Below, one piece after another: positions 33,707 through 43,787 of a DNA stretch of 61,499 bases. The position numbers and the translations under genes are program-made. The notes under the pieces were generated by a model. The model made no database searches and was not told where the DNA came from. It worked only from the letters and a program-made list of their open reading frames with translations. Source of the DNA: Candidatus Parcubacteria bacterium (GTDB taxonomy: Bacteria > Patescibacteriota > Minisyncoccia > Phycocordibacterales > UBA2100); the NCBI GenBank assembly GCA_041168925.1, contig JBEEJY010000008.1, positions 1-61,499 of the forward strand, written 5' to 3'. How positions within the stretch are numbered: the stretch's first letter is position 1; each line of letters begins with the position of its first letter.

Positions 33707-36133
33707 ATGCGGACTCTGATGCGTTTGTGGCGGAAGCTCCCGCCGTGGCTCGAATTCAGCTTGATGGTCTTCGCGGCCGTCTGTTTTTTCATGGTCGGCG
33801 CGACGATTCTCTGGGCAGCCGTGATGCCGATTCCCGCCATTTCCAATTTCGAAAACAGACAGGTCGCGCAATCTACCAAGATTTACGACCGCACGGGCAA
33901 CATCGTGCTCTACGATGTTCACGGCACGATGCGACGCACCGCCGTGAAATTGGAAGATATTTCACCCTTCGTGCAAAAGGCCGCGATCGCGGTCGAGGAC
34001 GACACGTTTTACACCAACGCCGGGTTTCGTCCGCTTTCTTTCATGCGCGCGATACTCGTCGATCTCACTTCGGGCGGTTATGCGCAAGGCGGCTCGACCA
34101 TCACGCAGCAGGTTGTCAAAAATACGCTCCTCACCCAAGACAAAACCATCATGCGCAAAGCGAGAGAGATCGTTCTTGCGCTTCGCCTCACGAAGGCCTA
34201 CACGAAGGACGAGATTCTCAATACGTATCTCAACGAAACGCCCTATGGCGGTACGGTCTATGGAGTTCAGGAGGCGAGCCAGTACTTTTTTGGCGTGGAC
34301 GCCAAGGATCTCGATCTCGCGCAAGCGGCGTATCTCGCGGCGCTTCCGCAAGCGCCCACGTATTTTTCACCGTACGGCAACCACCGCGACGCGCTCGACG
34401 CGCGCAAAGATCTCGTCCTCTCGCGCATGAAAGATTCGGGCTTTATTACGGAGGACGAATACGCGCAGGCGAAGGCGGAGAAAGTGGATTTTCGCGCCGA
34501 GCAGGAGGCCGGCATCAAGGCGCCGCATTTCGTTTTTTTCATTCGCGAGTATCTGGAAGAAAAATACGGCGCGGACGCGGTTTCTCAGGGCGGACTCAAG
34601 GTTACGACGACGCTTGATTACGACCTGCAGCAAAAGGCCGAAAGTGCGGTGAAGAAATTCGCGCCGGAGATGCAGGCGAATTTCAATGCGTCGAACGAAG
34701 GCGTCGTCGCGATCGATCCGAAGACCGGACAGATTCTCTCCATGATCGGTTCGCGCGATTACTTCAACGAAGACATCGACGGCGCGGTCAATGTCGCGCT
34801 CGCGCGCCGTCAACCGGGCTCTTCATTCAAGCCGTTCGTCTACGCGACGGCTCTTGAAAAAGGCTATACGCCGGATACCGTAATTTTCGATCTCCCCACG
34901 CAATTTTCGACCTATTGCGAGCCTTCGGACAACCTCAACGACACGCCGCCTTGTTATTCGCCGTCGAATTACGACGGCGCGTTCAAGGGGCCGATGACGC
35001 TTCGCAACGCTATCGCGCAATCGCAAAACGTCCCGTCGGTGAAAGTGCTCTACTTGGCCGGCATTCGCGATTCGATTTCGACCGCGCAGGCGGTGGGGAT
35101 CTCGACGCTCGGCGACGCCGATGTGTACGGCCTCACGCTCGTACTCGGCGGCGGCGAGGTCACGCTTCTCGAGATGACGAGTGCCTATGGCGTGTTCGCC
35201 AATGACGGCGTGCGCAATCCTCCGACCGGAATCCTCAAGGTCGAAGACAGCGCCGGACGCGTGCTCGAGGAGTACCAGCAGAAACCGACTCGGGTAATCG
35301 AGCCGCAGATCGCCCGCCAGATGAGCGACATCCTCTCCGACAACGTCGCGCGCACGCCGGAATTCGGCGCTAACTCGCCGCTCTATTTCCCCGGCTACGA
35401 TGTCGCGGACAAAACCGGTACGACCAACGACTTTCACGACGTGTGGGTCCTTGGCTACACGCCCGACATCGCTGTCGGCGCGTGGGCGGGAAACAACGAC
35501 AACTCGCCCATGGCGAAAAAAATCGCGGCTTTCATCATCGCACCCCTGTGGCATGAGGTCATGGCGCAAGCGCTCGAGAAGTACGGCTCAAGCGATTCCT
35601 TCCCGCAGCCGGCGCCCGACGCGGCGACAGGCTCGCTCGCGCCCGTGCTTTCGGGAAATTGGAATTCAAACCCGAGCCAGGGGGTACACGACATCCTCTA
35701 TTGGATCAACAAAGACAATCCGCGCGGAGCGCCGCCCTCCAACCCCTCAAGCGATCCGCAATTCGCGCGCTGGGAGTACCCGGTCCAACAGTGGACTATG
35801 CAGAATCCTGGGCTTATCGCGAACGGATCGTCTGTACCAACGGATATTTCCGCGTTTCAAGGCGGGACGAATGATTTCAATATCACCTCGCCTTCGCAGG
35901 GCGCCTCCTTTCCGTTTGGAGCTGCCGTCACGCTTTCCGCATACGATTCGAACCCGAGCTCCATCAGAGACGTTACTTACTATGTGAACGGCGCGATGGT
36001 TGGAATTTCAGGCCAGATGCCGTATACGGTTTCATTTAGCCCGCTGCTTCGCGGCCCCGTAACGCTGCGCGCGGTCGCACAGCTCCAAGGCGGAGGCACC
36101 AAGGAACGATCGCTCACGTTCGTGATCCAGTAG
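33707..36133 (+). CDS. Class A penicillin-binding protein (GT51 transglycosylase plus transpeptidase) with a C-terminal Ig-like extension
   Basis: EDDTFYTNAGF, GGSTITQQVVKN (GT51); SSFKPF (SxxK), KTGTTND (KTG). Confidence 0.9.
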   Translation: MRTLMRLWRKLPPWLEFSLMVFAAVCFFMVGATILWAAVMPIPAISNFENRQVAQSTKIYDRTGNIVLYDVHGTMRRTAVKLEDISPFVQKAAIAVEDDTFYTNAGFRPLSFMRAILVDLTSGGYAQGGSTITQQVVKNTLLTQDKTIMRKAREIVLALRLTKAYTKDEILNTYLNETPYGGTVYGVQEASQYFFGVDAKDLDLAQAAYLAALPQAPTYFSPYGNHRDALDARKDLVLSRMKDSGFITEDEYAQAKAEKVDFRAEQEAGIKAPHFVFFIREYLEEKYGADAVSQGGLKVTTTLDYDLQQKAESAVKKFAPEMQANFNASNEGVVAIDPKTGQILSMIGSRDYFNEDIDGAVNVALARRQPGSSFKPFVYATALEKGYTPDTVIFDLPTQFSTYCEPSDNLNDTPPCYSPSNYDGAFKGPMTLRNAIAQSQNVPSVKVLYLAGIRDSISTAQAVGISTLGDADVYGLTLVLGGGEVTLLEMTSAYGVFANDGVRNPPTGILKVEDSAGRVLEEYQQKPTRVIEPQIARQMSDILSDNVARTPEFGANSPLYFPGYDVADKTGTTNDFHDVWVLGYTPDIAVGAWAGNNDNSPMAKKIAAFIIAPLWHEVMAQALEKYGSSDSFPQPAPDAATGSLAPVLSGNWNSNPSQGVHDILYWINKDNPRGAPPSNPSSDPQFARWEYPVQQWTMQNPGLIANGSSVPTDISAFQGGTNDFNITSPSQGASFPFGAAVTLSAYDSNPSSIRDVTYYVNGAMVGISGQMPYTVSFSPLLRGPVTLRAVAQLQGGGTKERSLTFVIQ

Positions 36134-36150
36134 CGAGAGCGCGTGAGAGG

Positions 36151-37248
36151 CTAACGGTTGAGCGGCATTACCAAATAGGTAAACGAGGTGTCGGATACTC
36201 CGCGTATAACGAGCGGCTTGCCGGCGCCGGAAAACCCGAGCGCGACGGAGTCGGATTCGATCGAAGGGAGACAGTCCGCGAGATAACCGATGTGAAAGTT
36301 GATATCAAGATCCTCGCCCGAGAGCGCTGAATCGATCGAATCGGACATTTCGCCGATCTCGTTGCTTCGCGCGGTCGCCGAGAATATTTTCTTTTTCGGA
36401 TAAAGATGCAGTCCGACATGCTGATCGTTACCGGAGAACACGCGCGCTTTGCGAAGCATCTCCGCAAAATCACTTTTGAGGACTGTCGCTTCGGTTGTGA
36501 ATTTTTTGGGGAGGATTTCTTTGTAATTCGGAAAGGAGCCGTCAACTACGCGCGAGACGTAGCGAATACCGGGCACCGAAACAACAAGCTGCGACTCGTC
36601 GGCTCCGAGTAAGACGACTTCGTCTGATACCTGTTCGAGAATGTGTACGAGTTCGCCCGCATGCTTGAGCGGGACGAGAAGCTCCACCTCTTGTTTCCCC
36701 GCGCGCGTGGAAATCGCTTTTTCCGCGAGCCGGAACGAATCAGTCGCGACACAAAGAACACCCTCTGGTTTGATGGATACATAGACGCTTCCAAGTTCCG
36801 GCCGAATCATGGATGGAGATGCCGCATACAGCACGCTCTGCAGGCCGCGCATAAGCTCAAGCCGCGGTACCTGCATTCCCCTTTTCTCACTCGAATCTCC
36901 CAGTTTCGGGAATTCTTCATGTGGTATGGCCTTGATGAGCGTTCTCGTCCCTCGTGACTCAATGATTAAATTATAATCTTCAGACAAGCAAGAGACCATA
37001 TCGCCCGAAATAGAGCGAAGGGTTTGGGAGAGAATGGTTGCGGGAACCGCTATCGATCCCTTCTCTTCTATATCACACGGAATAGTTACCATAACACCAG
37101 CTTCGAGATTTGTTGCGCGCACAACACACTCCTTCCCTACATCAAACAACACACAAGAGAGTACAGGGAGAGATTCTTTTTTTCCTACGATTCGTTCAGT
37201 AAGGAGCACGGCCTGTAGTATTTTTTCCCGCGAGGTTTTGAATTTCAT
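36151..37248 (-). CDS. dnaN: DNA polymerase III beta sliding clamp
   Basis: MKFKTSREKILQAVLLTERIVGKKESLPVLSCVLF...; 365 aa, directly downstream of dnaA. Confidence 0.9.
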   Translation of the reverse strand: MKFKTSREKILQAVLLTERIVGKKESLPVLSCVLFDVGKECVVRATNLEAGVMVTIPCDIEEKGSIAVPATILSQTLRSISGDMVSCLSEDYNLIIESRGTRTLIKAIPHEEFPKLGDSSEKRGMQVPRLELMRGLQSVLYAASPSMIRPELGSVYVSIKPEGVLCVATDSFRLAEKAISTRAGKQEVELLVPLKHAGELVHILEQVSDEVVLLGADESQLVVSVPGIRYVSRVVDGSFPNYKEILPKKFTTEATVLKSDFAEMLRKARVFSGNDQHVGLHLYPKKKIFSATARSNEIGEMSDSIDSALSGEDLDINFHIGYLADCLPSIESDSVALGFSGAGKPLVIRGVSDTSFTYLVMPLNR

Positions 37249-37467
37249 ACTTGATATAAATACATAAAGAAACTACTACTACTATTAACGATGTGGGAAA
37301 TGTGGAAAGGTTATTGTGAGCGTGAAATAGATGAATTTTTTACCGTTTTCGAATTGAGGATTTGGTGTGGATGGCTCTGATGTAGGGTGGGGAAAATTAC
37401 CGCAACAGTATGGTATGCGACTTTTTCGGCACAGCTATCAGCGCTTCGCGCAGCGTTTGTCCCCGCG
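37249..37467. promoter_or_regulatory. Putative oriC module in the dnaA-dnaN spacer: AT-rich unwinding stretch plus a DnaA-box-like cluster
   Basis: AT-rich 37251-37290. Three same-orientation 7/9 matches to TGTGGATAA: TGTGGGAAA (37292-37300), TGTGGAAAG (37301-37309), TGTGGATGG (37366-37374). Confidence 0.5.
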
Positions 37468-38835
37468 TTATGCATGGATGAGTGAACGGATATGCTCGAG
37501 TTCTTGCTCGAGCGATGTGTTCGATTTGACCTCCTCTTTTATCTTTTCACACGAGTGAATGACTGTCGTGTGATCTCTCCCCCCGAGCTTCTCCCCGATC
37601 GACGGATAGGAGACACTGAATTCCTCACGGAGCATATACATGATGATCTGCCGGGGCTTCACGACCTCTTTTTTGCGGGTTTTTTCGTAAATGCTCTTTT
37701 CCGGTATCTCGTAGTACTGCGAAATGCGTCGAACGACTTCCTCTACGGAAACGCCGCGATTCGGTTTGACATTGTGTTTGATAAGCGCCCTCACGTCCGC
37801 GAGCGTCACGCCGCGGCCCTTGAGCTGCGATTTGCATACGATCATATTGAGAATGCCTTCGAGTTCTCGGATGTTGCCGCGCACGTTCTCCGCGATGTGG
37901 ACGATGATATCCTCGGGGATGGAAAAGCCATGCTGCTCGAGCTTCGCCTTGATGATCGCCGTGCGCGATTCGATGTCGGGCTCGGGGATCTCCGCGATCA
38001 TGCCGGCCCCGAAGCGCCCCTTGAGGCGGTCCTCTAAACCGGGGAGAAGCATCGGGTGTTTGTCTGAAGAGAACACGATCTGTTTGTTGTTGTCGTGCAT
38101 CGCGTTGAAGAGATGGAAAAGCTCTTCCTGGGTTTTTTCCGTATTAGCGATGAACTGGATGTCGTCCATGATGAGGACATCGTACTGGCGGTACTGGTCT
38201 TTGAAATTATTAGCCGCGCCCTTGCGCACCGCGTTGATATAGTCGATCGCGAATCGCTCGCTCGTGACATACAGGACTTTTTTGTTCGCGTGCTGTTTCT
38301 TGAAGTAGTTGCCGACCGCTTGAATGAGGTGAGTCTTTCCGTGGCCTGTTTGCCCGTAGATAAAGAGCGGGTTGTATGCGAGGCCCGGACGCTCAAGCAC
38401 CGCCCTCGCGGCGGTGTAGGCGAGCTGGTTGAACGGGCCTACGACGAATGTATCGAAAGTGTAGCGGGGGTTTAGATTGTCGCGCTTGTCTATATAGAGG
38501 CTGCCAAGATCGAGCGACGCGTTCTCGGTTTGCGTCTCGCGCGTGACTTTTCGTTCTCCCGGAGCGGCGGCGGAGCGGTGAACGACGTATTCGACCGTGC
38601 GGATCGTGTTGTCAAGACCGCGCAGCGCTTTCAAGATGAGCTTGTGGTGCTTTTCCATGAGCCACTCCTTGACGATCTTCGAGGGAACGGCGACGTGTAC
38701 CACCCCCTGGCCGCGATTCGCGATGTCGGTATTGCGGAACCATGTACGGAACGATGCCTCGGACGTACCGAGCTCGATCTGCACGAGGGCGTTTTGCCAC
38801 AGTTCCCTGTTGCTCATGGTAGTGCTGATAGTCAT
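37468..38835 (-). CDS. dnaA: Chromosomal replication initiator DnaA
   Basis: YNPLFIYGQTGHGKTHLIQAVGN Walker A, VLIMDDIQF, C-terminal DNA-binding domain ...GGRDHTTVIHSCEKI. Confidence 0.95.
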   Translation of the reverse strand: MTISTTMSNRELWQNALVQIELGTSEASFRTWFRNTDIANRGQGVVHVAVPSKIVKEWLMEKHHKLILKALRGLDNTIRTVEYVVHRSAAAPGERKVTRETQTENASLDLGSLYIDKRDNLNPRYTFDTFVVGPFNQLAYTAARAVLERPGLAYNPLFIYGQTGHGKTHLIQAVGNYFKKQHANKKVLYVTSERFAIDYINAVRKGAANNFKDQYRQYDVLIMDDIQFIANTEKTQEELFHLFNAMHDNNKQIVFSSDKHPMLLPGLEDRLKGRFGAGMIAEIPEPDIESRTAIIKAKLEQHGFSIPEDIIVHIAENVRGNIRELEGILNMIVCKSQLKGRGVTLADVRALIKHNVKPNRGVSVEEVVRRISQYYEIPEKSIYEKTRKKEVVKPRQIIMYMLREEFSVSYPSIGEKLGGRDHTTVIHSCEKIKEEVKSNTSLEQELEHIRSLIHA

Positions 38836-38952
38836 GCGCGAAGTTCGACCATTATACGCGTACGCGGATCAAGCGAAAGCTTGTGCTGATGCTCGGGGCA
38901 TGTTCACAAACTGTGCATAACGTGTGTACGCGGATTTTCGAGCGATTCGAGG

Positions 38953-38981
38953 TTGCGATTTTGCGGAAATTCGTTTAGTAT
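38953..38981 (+). promoter_or_regulatory. rpmH promoter TTGCGA-N17-TAGTAT; ATG 6 nt after the -10 box
   Basis: -35 at 38953-38958, -10 at 38976-38981, ATG at 38988. Confidence 0.55.
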
Positions 38982-38987
38982 GGCGCA

Positions 38988-39122
38988 ATGAAACGAACGT
39001 GGCAGCCTAAAAAGCGCAAACGAGCGCGGACGCACGGCTTTTTAACCAGAAGCGCAAGTCGCACCGGACGAAACCTTCTCCGCCGCCGCCGCCGCAAGGG
39101 TCGCGCGCGCTTGAGCGTCTAG
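38988..39122 (+). CDS. rpmH: 50S ribosomal protein L34 (below the ORF-track length cutoff)
   Basis: Hand translation: [44 protein letters not shown], stop TAG at 39120-39122. Confidence 0.92.
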   Translation: MKRTWQPKKRKRARTHGFLTRSASRTGRNLLRRRRRKGRARLSV

Positions 39123-39125
39123 CGA

Positions 39126-39461
39126 ATGCCCCCGCGCAACCGCCTTGCGCGCGCTGATTTCGCTCGCCTCGGGTTGAAGCGCCGCCGCGAGCACGGGAAA
39201 TACTTCTCACTCGTTATCGCAGCGCTTCCCGGCGCCGAGGCACCGAAAATCGCCTGCGTTGTCGGAAAAAAAGTCGTTGCACGCGCCGTTTCGCGCAACG
39301 CGATAGAAAGGCGCTGTCGGGAGGCGCTGCGCCCCCTCGTACCGACTCTTCCGAAGGGTCTTGCGCTTGTCTTTTACGCGAAACGGGAAGCGCGCGAAGC
39401 GTCGTTTTCAGACATCGCGCGGGACATGCGCGCGCTTCTTGCGCGCGCCGCGACCCCGTAG
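39126..39461 (+). CDS. rnpA: Ribonuclease P protein component
   Basis: Basic 111-aa protein 3 nt after rpmH. ...VVGKKVVARAVSRNAIERRCREAL... is RnpA-like (RNR motif region). Confidence 0.8.
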   Translation: MPPRNRLARADFARLGLKRRREHGKYFSLVIAALPGAEAPKIACVVGKKVVARAVSRNAIERRCREALRPLVPTLPKGLALVFYAKREAREASFSDIARDMRALLARAATP

Positions 39462-39537
39462 CGAAATTCCACCCTGCGCCAAAGGCGCAACATCACGCAG
39501 TAGCTGAAATTCCAGCACAGGGTACAATGCCGAGGAC

Positions 39538-40293
39538 ATGCTATCGGCGTTTTTCCATGCCGCGATCTACGACCCGCTCTACAACGGGCTTGTTTTTTTG
39601 GTCGGCGTCGTGCCCGGCAACGACATAGGGCTCGCGGTCATCCTTCTCACGATCATCGTGCGCATCATTATCTATCCGCTCTCGAAGCGCGCTATCCTCT
39701 CACAGCTTGCGATGAAGAAAATCGCACCGGAGGTGGAAGAGCTTAAAAAGAAGTATAAAAATAATTCCGCGGAACAGGGAGCTGCGATTTTCGCGCTCTA
39801 CCGGGAGCGCGACATACACCCTTTCGCGAGTTTCGGGCTTCTTCTCGTCCAATTCCCCATCCTGATCGGTCTATACTTCGTCTTTCTCAACAAAACTTTT
39901 CCCGGCGTCGATCCGACGCTCCTCTACCCGTTCATAGAGGCGCCGTCGCACATCAACATGCAGTTCCTCGGCCTATTGGACATGTCGGCGCATCACAATA
40001 TCCCTCTTGCGATACTGGTCGCCCTCTCGCAGCTCGTCTACTCGCGCCTTTCCATGGGCCCCCGCGAAAAGATCCTCGATTCGACACCGGTCGAAGCGAC
40101 CCTTTCAGGAGATATGGCGAAGAGCTTCGATCTTCAAGCACGCTACGTCTTTCCGCTCATCTTCGGCGTCATTTCCTACTCAGTCGCCGCCGCCGCGCCG
40201 CTCTACTGGCTCACGAGCAATCTCTTCATGATCGGACAAGAACTCGCGATGGGTAAACGATTCACGACTCAACTGCGGTCTGAGCGCGCGTAA
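39538..40293 (+). CDS. yidC: Membrane protein insertase YidC (short Gram-positive/CPR form)
   Basis: AVILLTIIVRIIIYPLSKRAILSQLAMKKIAPEVEELKKKYKNN...; 5 TM helices. Confidence 0.85.
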   Translation: MLSAFFHAAIYDPLYNGLVFLVGVVPGNDIGLAVILLTIIVRIIIYPLSKRAILSQLAMKKIAPEVEELKKKYKNNSAEQGAAIFALYRERDIHPFASFGLLLVQFPILIGLYFVFLNKTFPGVDPTLLYPFIEAPSHINMQFLGLLDMSAHHNIPLAILVALSQLVYSRLSMGPREKILDSTPVEATLSGDMAKSFDLQARYVFPLIFGVISYSVAAAAPLYWLTSNLFMIGQELAMGKRFTTQLRSERA

Positions 40294-40329
40294 TTTTGAA
40301 AAACAAGTCCAAGAGAGTATAGTGCCCCG

Positions 40330-40800
40330 ATGGACGTTGAGACCATCGTGCGCGAACTCCTTGATGCCGCCGGTGTCGCGTACTCTGGTGTCGAAAAGAG
40401 TGTGCTTGCGGGGCAAGAAATCTACGCGATCAAAGCGGAGGATGCGGCGCGCGCGCTGATCGGCGGACACGGAGATACCGTACACGCACTCGACCTCTTG
40501 GTGAAAAAAATATACGAGAAGCGCCACCCCGCGGAAGCGGGCGACGAGGAAGATCGCGGCCCGATGTTTCTTATCGATGTCAATGACTATCGCACGAAGC
40601 AGATCAAAGATCTGCAGACAAAAGCGCTCATGATGGCGGAGCGCGCGCGCAGCTTCCAGTATGACGTCGAGCTCTCGCCCATGAGCTCGTACGAGCGTCT
40701 CATCATTCATACGACGCTCCAGAACGCGCCGAACGTGAAGACGGAATCGCAAGGAGAAGGGCGCAATCGGCGTGTGGTTATCAAGTACTCGGCCGCATAG
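40330..40800 (+). CDS. jag: Jag/KhpB-like RNA-binding protein (KH plus R3H)
   Basis: C-terminal R3H: SSYERLIIHTTLQNAPNVKTESQGEGRNRRVVIK. Canonical position after yidC. Confidence 0.75.
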   Translation: MDVETIVRELLDAAGVAYSGVEKSVLAGQEIYAIKAEDAARALIGGHGDTVHALDLLVKKIYEKRHPAEAGDEEDRGPMFLIDVNDYRTKQIKDLQTKALMMAERARSFQYDVELSPMSSYERLIIHTTLQNAPNVKTESQGEGRNRRVVIKYSAA

Positions 40801-40801
40801 T

Positions 40802-41356
40802 TTACGGACTTATCGGCTCCGGATTAAATGTGTCGCAACCGTTGACCCCGCATCCATTGATGTAAGGATCAAAAACGTCCGGCGTAAAGGCGTTGTCCGC
40901 TCTGGGAGTTTGGGACTGTTGTAACCTGCCGGGCTCCTGCGCTGGAGCAGGGTTGTTCTTGATCGCGTCGAGCGCCCTGAGTGAAAGTATGTCCGGATTG
41001 ATTTGCCGGAGAATAAGGTAGATTGCGAGTAAGAGTATCAAGCCCAAGGTCACATCGCCTATGATTTGCTTTGCCTCCCCCTTGTGGCTCCACATGTCGG
41101 ATTGGCCCATGTAGAGGTATCCCGCGTAAGCAAGCCGCAATACGCCGCCGATCGCGCCGACGATAAGCGCAAACGTAAACAACTTTTGAACAAAGTCCGC
41201 GAGATTGCCGGAGTCGTAGAGTCCGGAGAGACGAGGTGATTGCGAGATGTCGGCAAGCGGCACGAACGTCCCCTGCGCCAGAGCAATGGTTGGTATCGCG
41301 CATCCTGCCGTGATGCAGGCGATGCGCAAGAGAGAAATATGAGAACGCAGTTTCAT
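40802..41356 (-). CDS. VirB2/TrbC-shaped protein (signal peptide plus two hydrophobic helices), last gene of the T4SS-like operon
   Basis: MKLRSHISLLRIACITAGCAIPTIALAQG signal. Helices FVQKLFTFALIVGAIGGVLRLAYAGYLY and IIGDVTLGLILLLAIYLIL. The assignment is by architecture only. Confidence 0.4.
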   Translation of the reverse strand: MKLRSHISLLRIACITAGCAIPTIALAQGTFVPLADISQSPRLSGLYDSGNLADFVQKLFTFALIVGAIGGVLRLAYAGYLYMGQSDMWSHKGEAKQIIGDVTLGLILLLAIYLILRQINPDILSLRALDAIKNNPAPAQEPGRLQQSQTPRADNAFTPDVFDPYINGCGVNGCDTFNPEPISP

Positions 41357-41359
41357 ACG

Positions 41360-42736
41360 TTAGCGCTCGAGGCGCAAGATCCAGAGCGTGTCATCGATGG
41401 CGTTTATAAACGCGATGTGAGTCCCCGTCGTGTCGATCACGGGGTCTTTTACGTCGATCGTGTTTTCAGGCGAGTAAACAAGCTCGGCCGTGCTCGAGCT
41501 CACGCCGACGCGCCAGATCGCATCGGACGTGTGGACGATCCCGCGGTACCAGTTGTTGAGAAAATCTCCGGTGGGAGCGTTTTGGGGAACCGCGCAATAC
41601 GCGAGCGTGCCGGACGGCGCCCACGCGCATTTATCGGCGACCGTTTTTATAGAAAGCCGTATCGGCGCGTCATTTTGGCTTCGCGTGAGAAAGAACGCGA
41701 GGTTGCCGCTGGATGATTGTCCCGAGAGGAAGCCCCCCGACGCGCGCGGCAGCAAAGTGAGTCCGGGTGCGTGCGTGATCGGTTCGAGCGTGCCGTTTTG
41801 CACCTCATACGCGTAGCCGGACAGACCATCGGATGCGGACTGTACGAGGATGATCTTGTCGGCTTTCTGAGTGGCGCCCGGAAGGTAATAGAGCCGCCAA
41901 TTGGGAAGCGCTGAAGAAAAAAGTCGTTTCTGCTGCGAGCCATCCGCCTTGGCGCGCCAGAGCGCTATCCCACGGTCATCTCGCGCCAGGTACACAATCG
42001 AGTCAGAGACAGGACTGGCCGCGATGCGCACAATATCGGGCGCGAGTTGGACGCCGCTTAATGATTTAAGAGACGAGGTCGCGCTGATCGACGTGCTCGT
42101 CGCGAGTATTCCCGAGAACGTGCTGATGAGTCCTGAATTTTCGATGGAGCGTTCGAGAATCCGATCTCGAGAGAACGCTGCCTCGTATATTTTTGGCATG
42201 AGGGTTCCTGAGAGTCTTGTTATTACTCCGCTCATAGGATCCGCCTCCATCACATTCCCGCTGGAGCGCTCAACGAAGCGCACCCGGCCATTTTGCATGA
42301 ACGCAACTCCGGCGACGGGCGCTGCATGCGCATGCCACAAGAGCGGCGGCAACTGCACCGCGGGAGCGGCCGAACGCGTATCCGCAGAAGGGGCACCGAA
42401 CTGTCCGGATGTGCCGATAGCGCCGAAAGAGTTCGACGCCGGTGGCTGCGAAGCCGAGCTGCCCGTTCTCGCGAAGAGCGCATTGAAGACCCGGGCGAAT
42501 AAACCGGGATTGTTTCGCGATCCGTCGTTGAAGGTGGTCACGCCCGACGCCGTGCCGCTTCTGCTTGGCGCAGCTTCACTTGGGGAAGAAGCGCCGCTCG
42601 TGAATCCCCGGGCAGCGTCAGCCTGTTGGGTCGCTTTCGTTTGCGTGCGTATGAAAAAGTACCAGCCCGAAAGCGCGCCGAGAATAACGACGATCAGCGC
42701 AACAAGCAGATACGTGATAATGGAACGTACGCGCAT
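41360..42736 (-). CDS. Hypothetical bitopic protein with an extracytoplasmic beta-propeller-like domain (T4SS-like operon)
   Basis: MRVRSIITYLLVALIVVILGALSGWYFF anchor, then repeated beta-strand-rich segments (TolB-like feel). Start chosen 1 nt after the upstream stop. The ORF track starts at 42769. Confidence 0.55.
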   Translation of the reverse strand: MRVRSIITYLLVALIVVILGALSGWYFFIRTQTKATQQADAARGFTSGASSPSEAAPSRSGTASGVTTFNDGSRNNPGLFARVFNALFARTGSSASQPPASNSFGAIGTSGQFGAPSADTRSAAPAVQLPPLLWHAHAAPVAGVAFMQNGRVRFVERSSGNVMEADPMSGVITRLSGTLMPKIYEAAFSRDRILERSIENSGLISTFSGILATSTSISATSSLKSLSGVQLAPDIVRIAASPVSDSIVYLARDDRGIALWRAKADGSQQKRLFSSALPNWRLYYLPGATQKADKIILVQSASDGLSGYAYEVQNGTLEPITHAPGLTLLPRASGGFLSGQSSSGNLAFFLTRSQNDAPIRLSIKTVADKCAWAPSGTLAYCAVPQNAPTGDFLNNWYRGIVHTSDAIWRVGVSSSTAELVYSPENTIDVKDPVIDTTGTHIAFINAIDDTLWILRLER

Positions 42737-42737
42737 A

Positions 42738-43787
42738 TCAAAAACCACCGAACGGATTTTGACCCGCATCGCCGCTCGAGAAGATCACGTTCCACGCCGA
42801 CTTCGCGTCGAGATAGAAGTTGGTTTTGTGCGTGAGCTCGAGGCCGATCAGCGCTCTCCCCGTCGAATTTTTCGCGTTGATGGTAATTTCGTTTTCCTGC
42901 CCGCTCCGCACGGGAATTAGAGCGTCGTTGACCCTCCACTCGTATGAGAGCGCCGGATCATGCGCGGTGCGTGCTTGTGCGAAATACGGGATCGCGGCGA
43001 ACGCCATCTCGGAGCCTGACACGAAGCTCGTTGCGCCAAACGCCTGGCCGAGGCGGATCCCATAGAGCGGATGGTCTTCATAGAGGACGAGCGTCGGCTG
43101 AATCGACGGAATCGTCACCGATGCTTTCCCGGAGAACAACCCGTCGCTCGATCGCGCCTCGACTGATATCGTATCGGAGCCGTAGAGGTGCGGTGAAGGG
43201 ATGCTTACGATGAAATGGCCTTTGCCCGAAACGCTGCCGATCGCTTCGCCATCGCGCTTCCATATGTACGTCAGGTCGGGCGCGCTCACCGGTCCGCTCG
43301 GGCCGCGAAAATATGGAATAGCCTCGACGATCAGATTGGTCCCTGCGGATGCGAGGGCGCGGCCCCGGTAAAAGGGCGGTACGTAAGAATCAGAATCGAC
43401 GAGCAGATCGAGCCCGGTCGGCACGATGGTCGCTTTCGCCGAGGCGGCGATATTGTTTGCCGTCGCGATATTTACCTCGACCTCTTTTTGCGTCCCAAGC
43501 GCGCCTGTTGAGACATCGACGCTTGTCACCCCGATGCCTTGCGCGATCGCTTTTCCGTCGACGAGCCAGACGATCGAGCTGGTATCGAGATCGAGCGCCG
43601 AACTTGTGAGCTCGAGGTGAACAGCCTCATTGGCGCCAGGGTAGACAGGCGAGGTCGTGATCATGGCCGCGCGCTCGATTCCGATCAAGGCGCCTTGGGC
43701 ATGGAGGCGTGTCGGCGTGAGTATGGGCGCCGCGGCCGCGAGAAAAACGAGCCCCATAAGTCCAGCGTGCGTGCGGGCGAACTTCAT
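42738..43787 (-). CDS. Hypothetical secreted protein with three Ig-like repeats (T4SS-like operon)
   Basis: Signal MKFARTHAGLMGLVFLAAAAPILTPTRLHAQG. Three repeats carry the W-x-x-DG-x-x-I signature (IVWLVDGKAI, YIWKRDGEAI, YEWRVNDALI). Confidence 0.6.
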   Translation of the reverse strand: MKFARTHAGLMGLVFLAAAAPILTPTRLHAQGALIGIERAAMITTSPVYPGANEAVHLELTSSALDLDTSSIVWLVDGKAIAQGIGVTSVDVSTGALGTQKEVEVNIATANNIAASAKATIVPTGLDLLVDSDSYVPPFYRGRALASAGTNLIVEAIPYFRGPSGPVSAPDLTYIWKRDGEAIGSVSGKGHFIVSIPSPHLYGSDTISVEARSSDGLFSGKASVTIPSIQPTLVLYEDHPLYGIRLGQAFGATSFVSGSEMAFAAIPYFAQARTAHDPALSYEWRVNDALIPVRSGQENEITINAKNSTGRALIGLELTHKTNFYLDAKSAWNVIFSSGDAGQNPFGGF

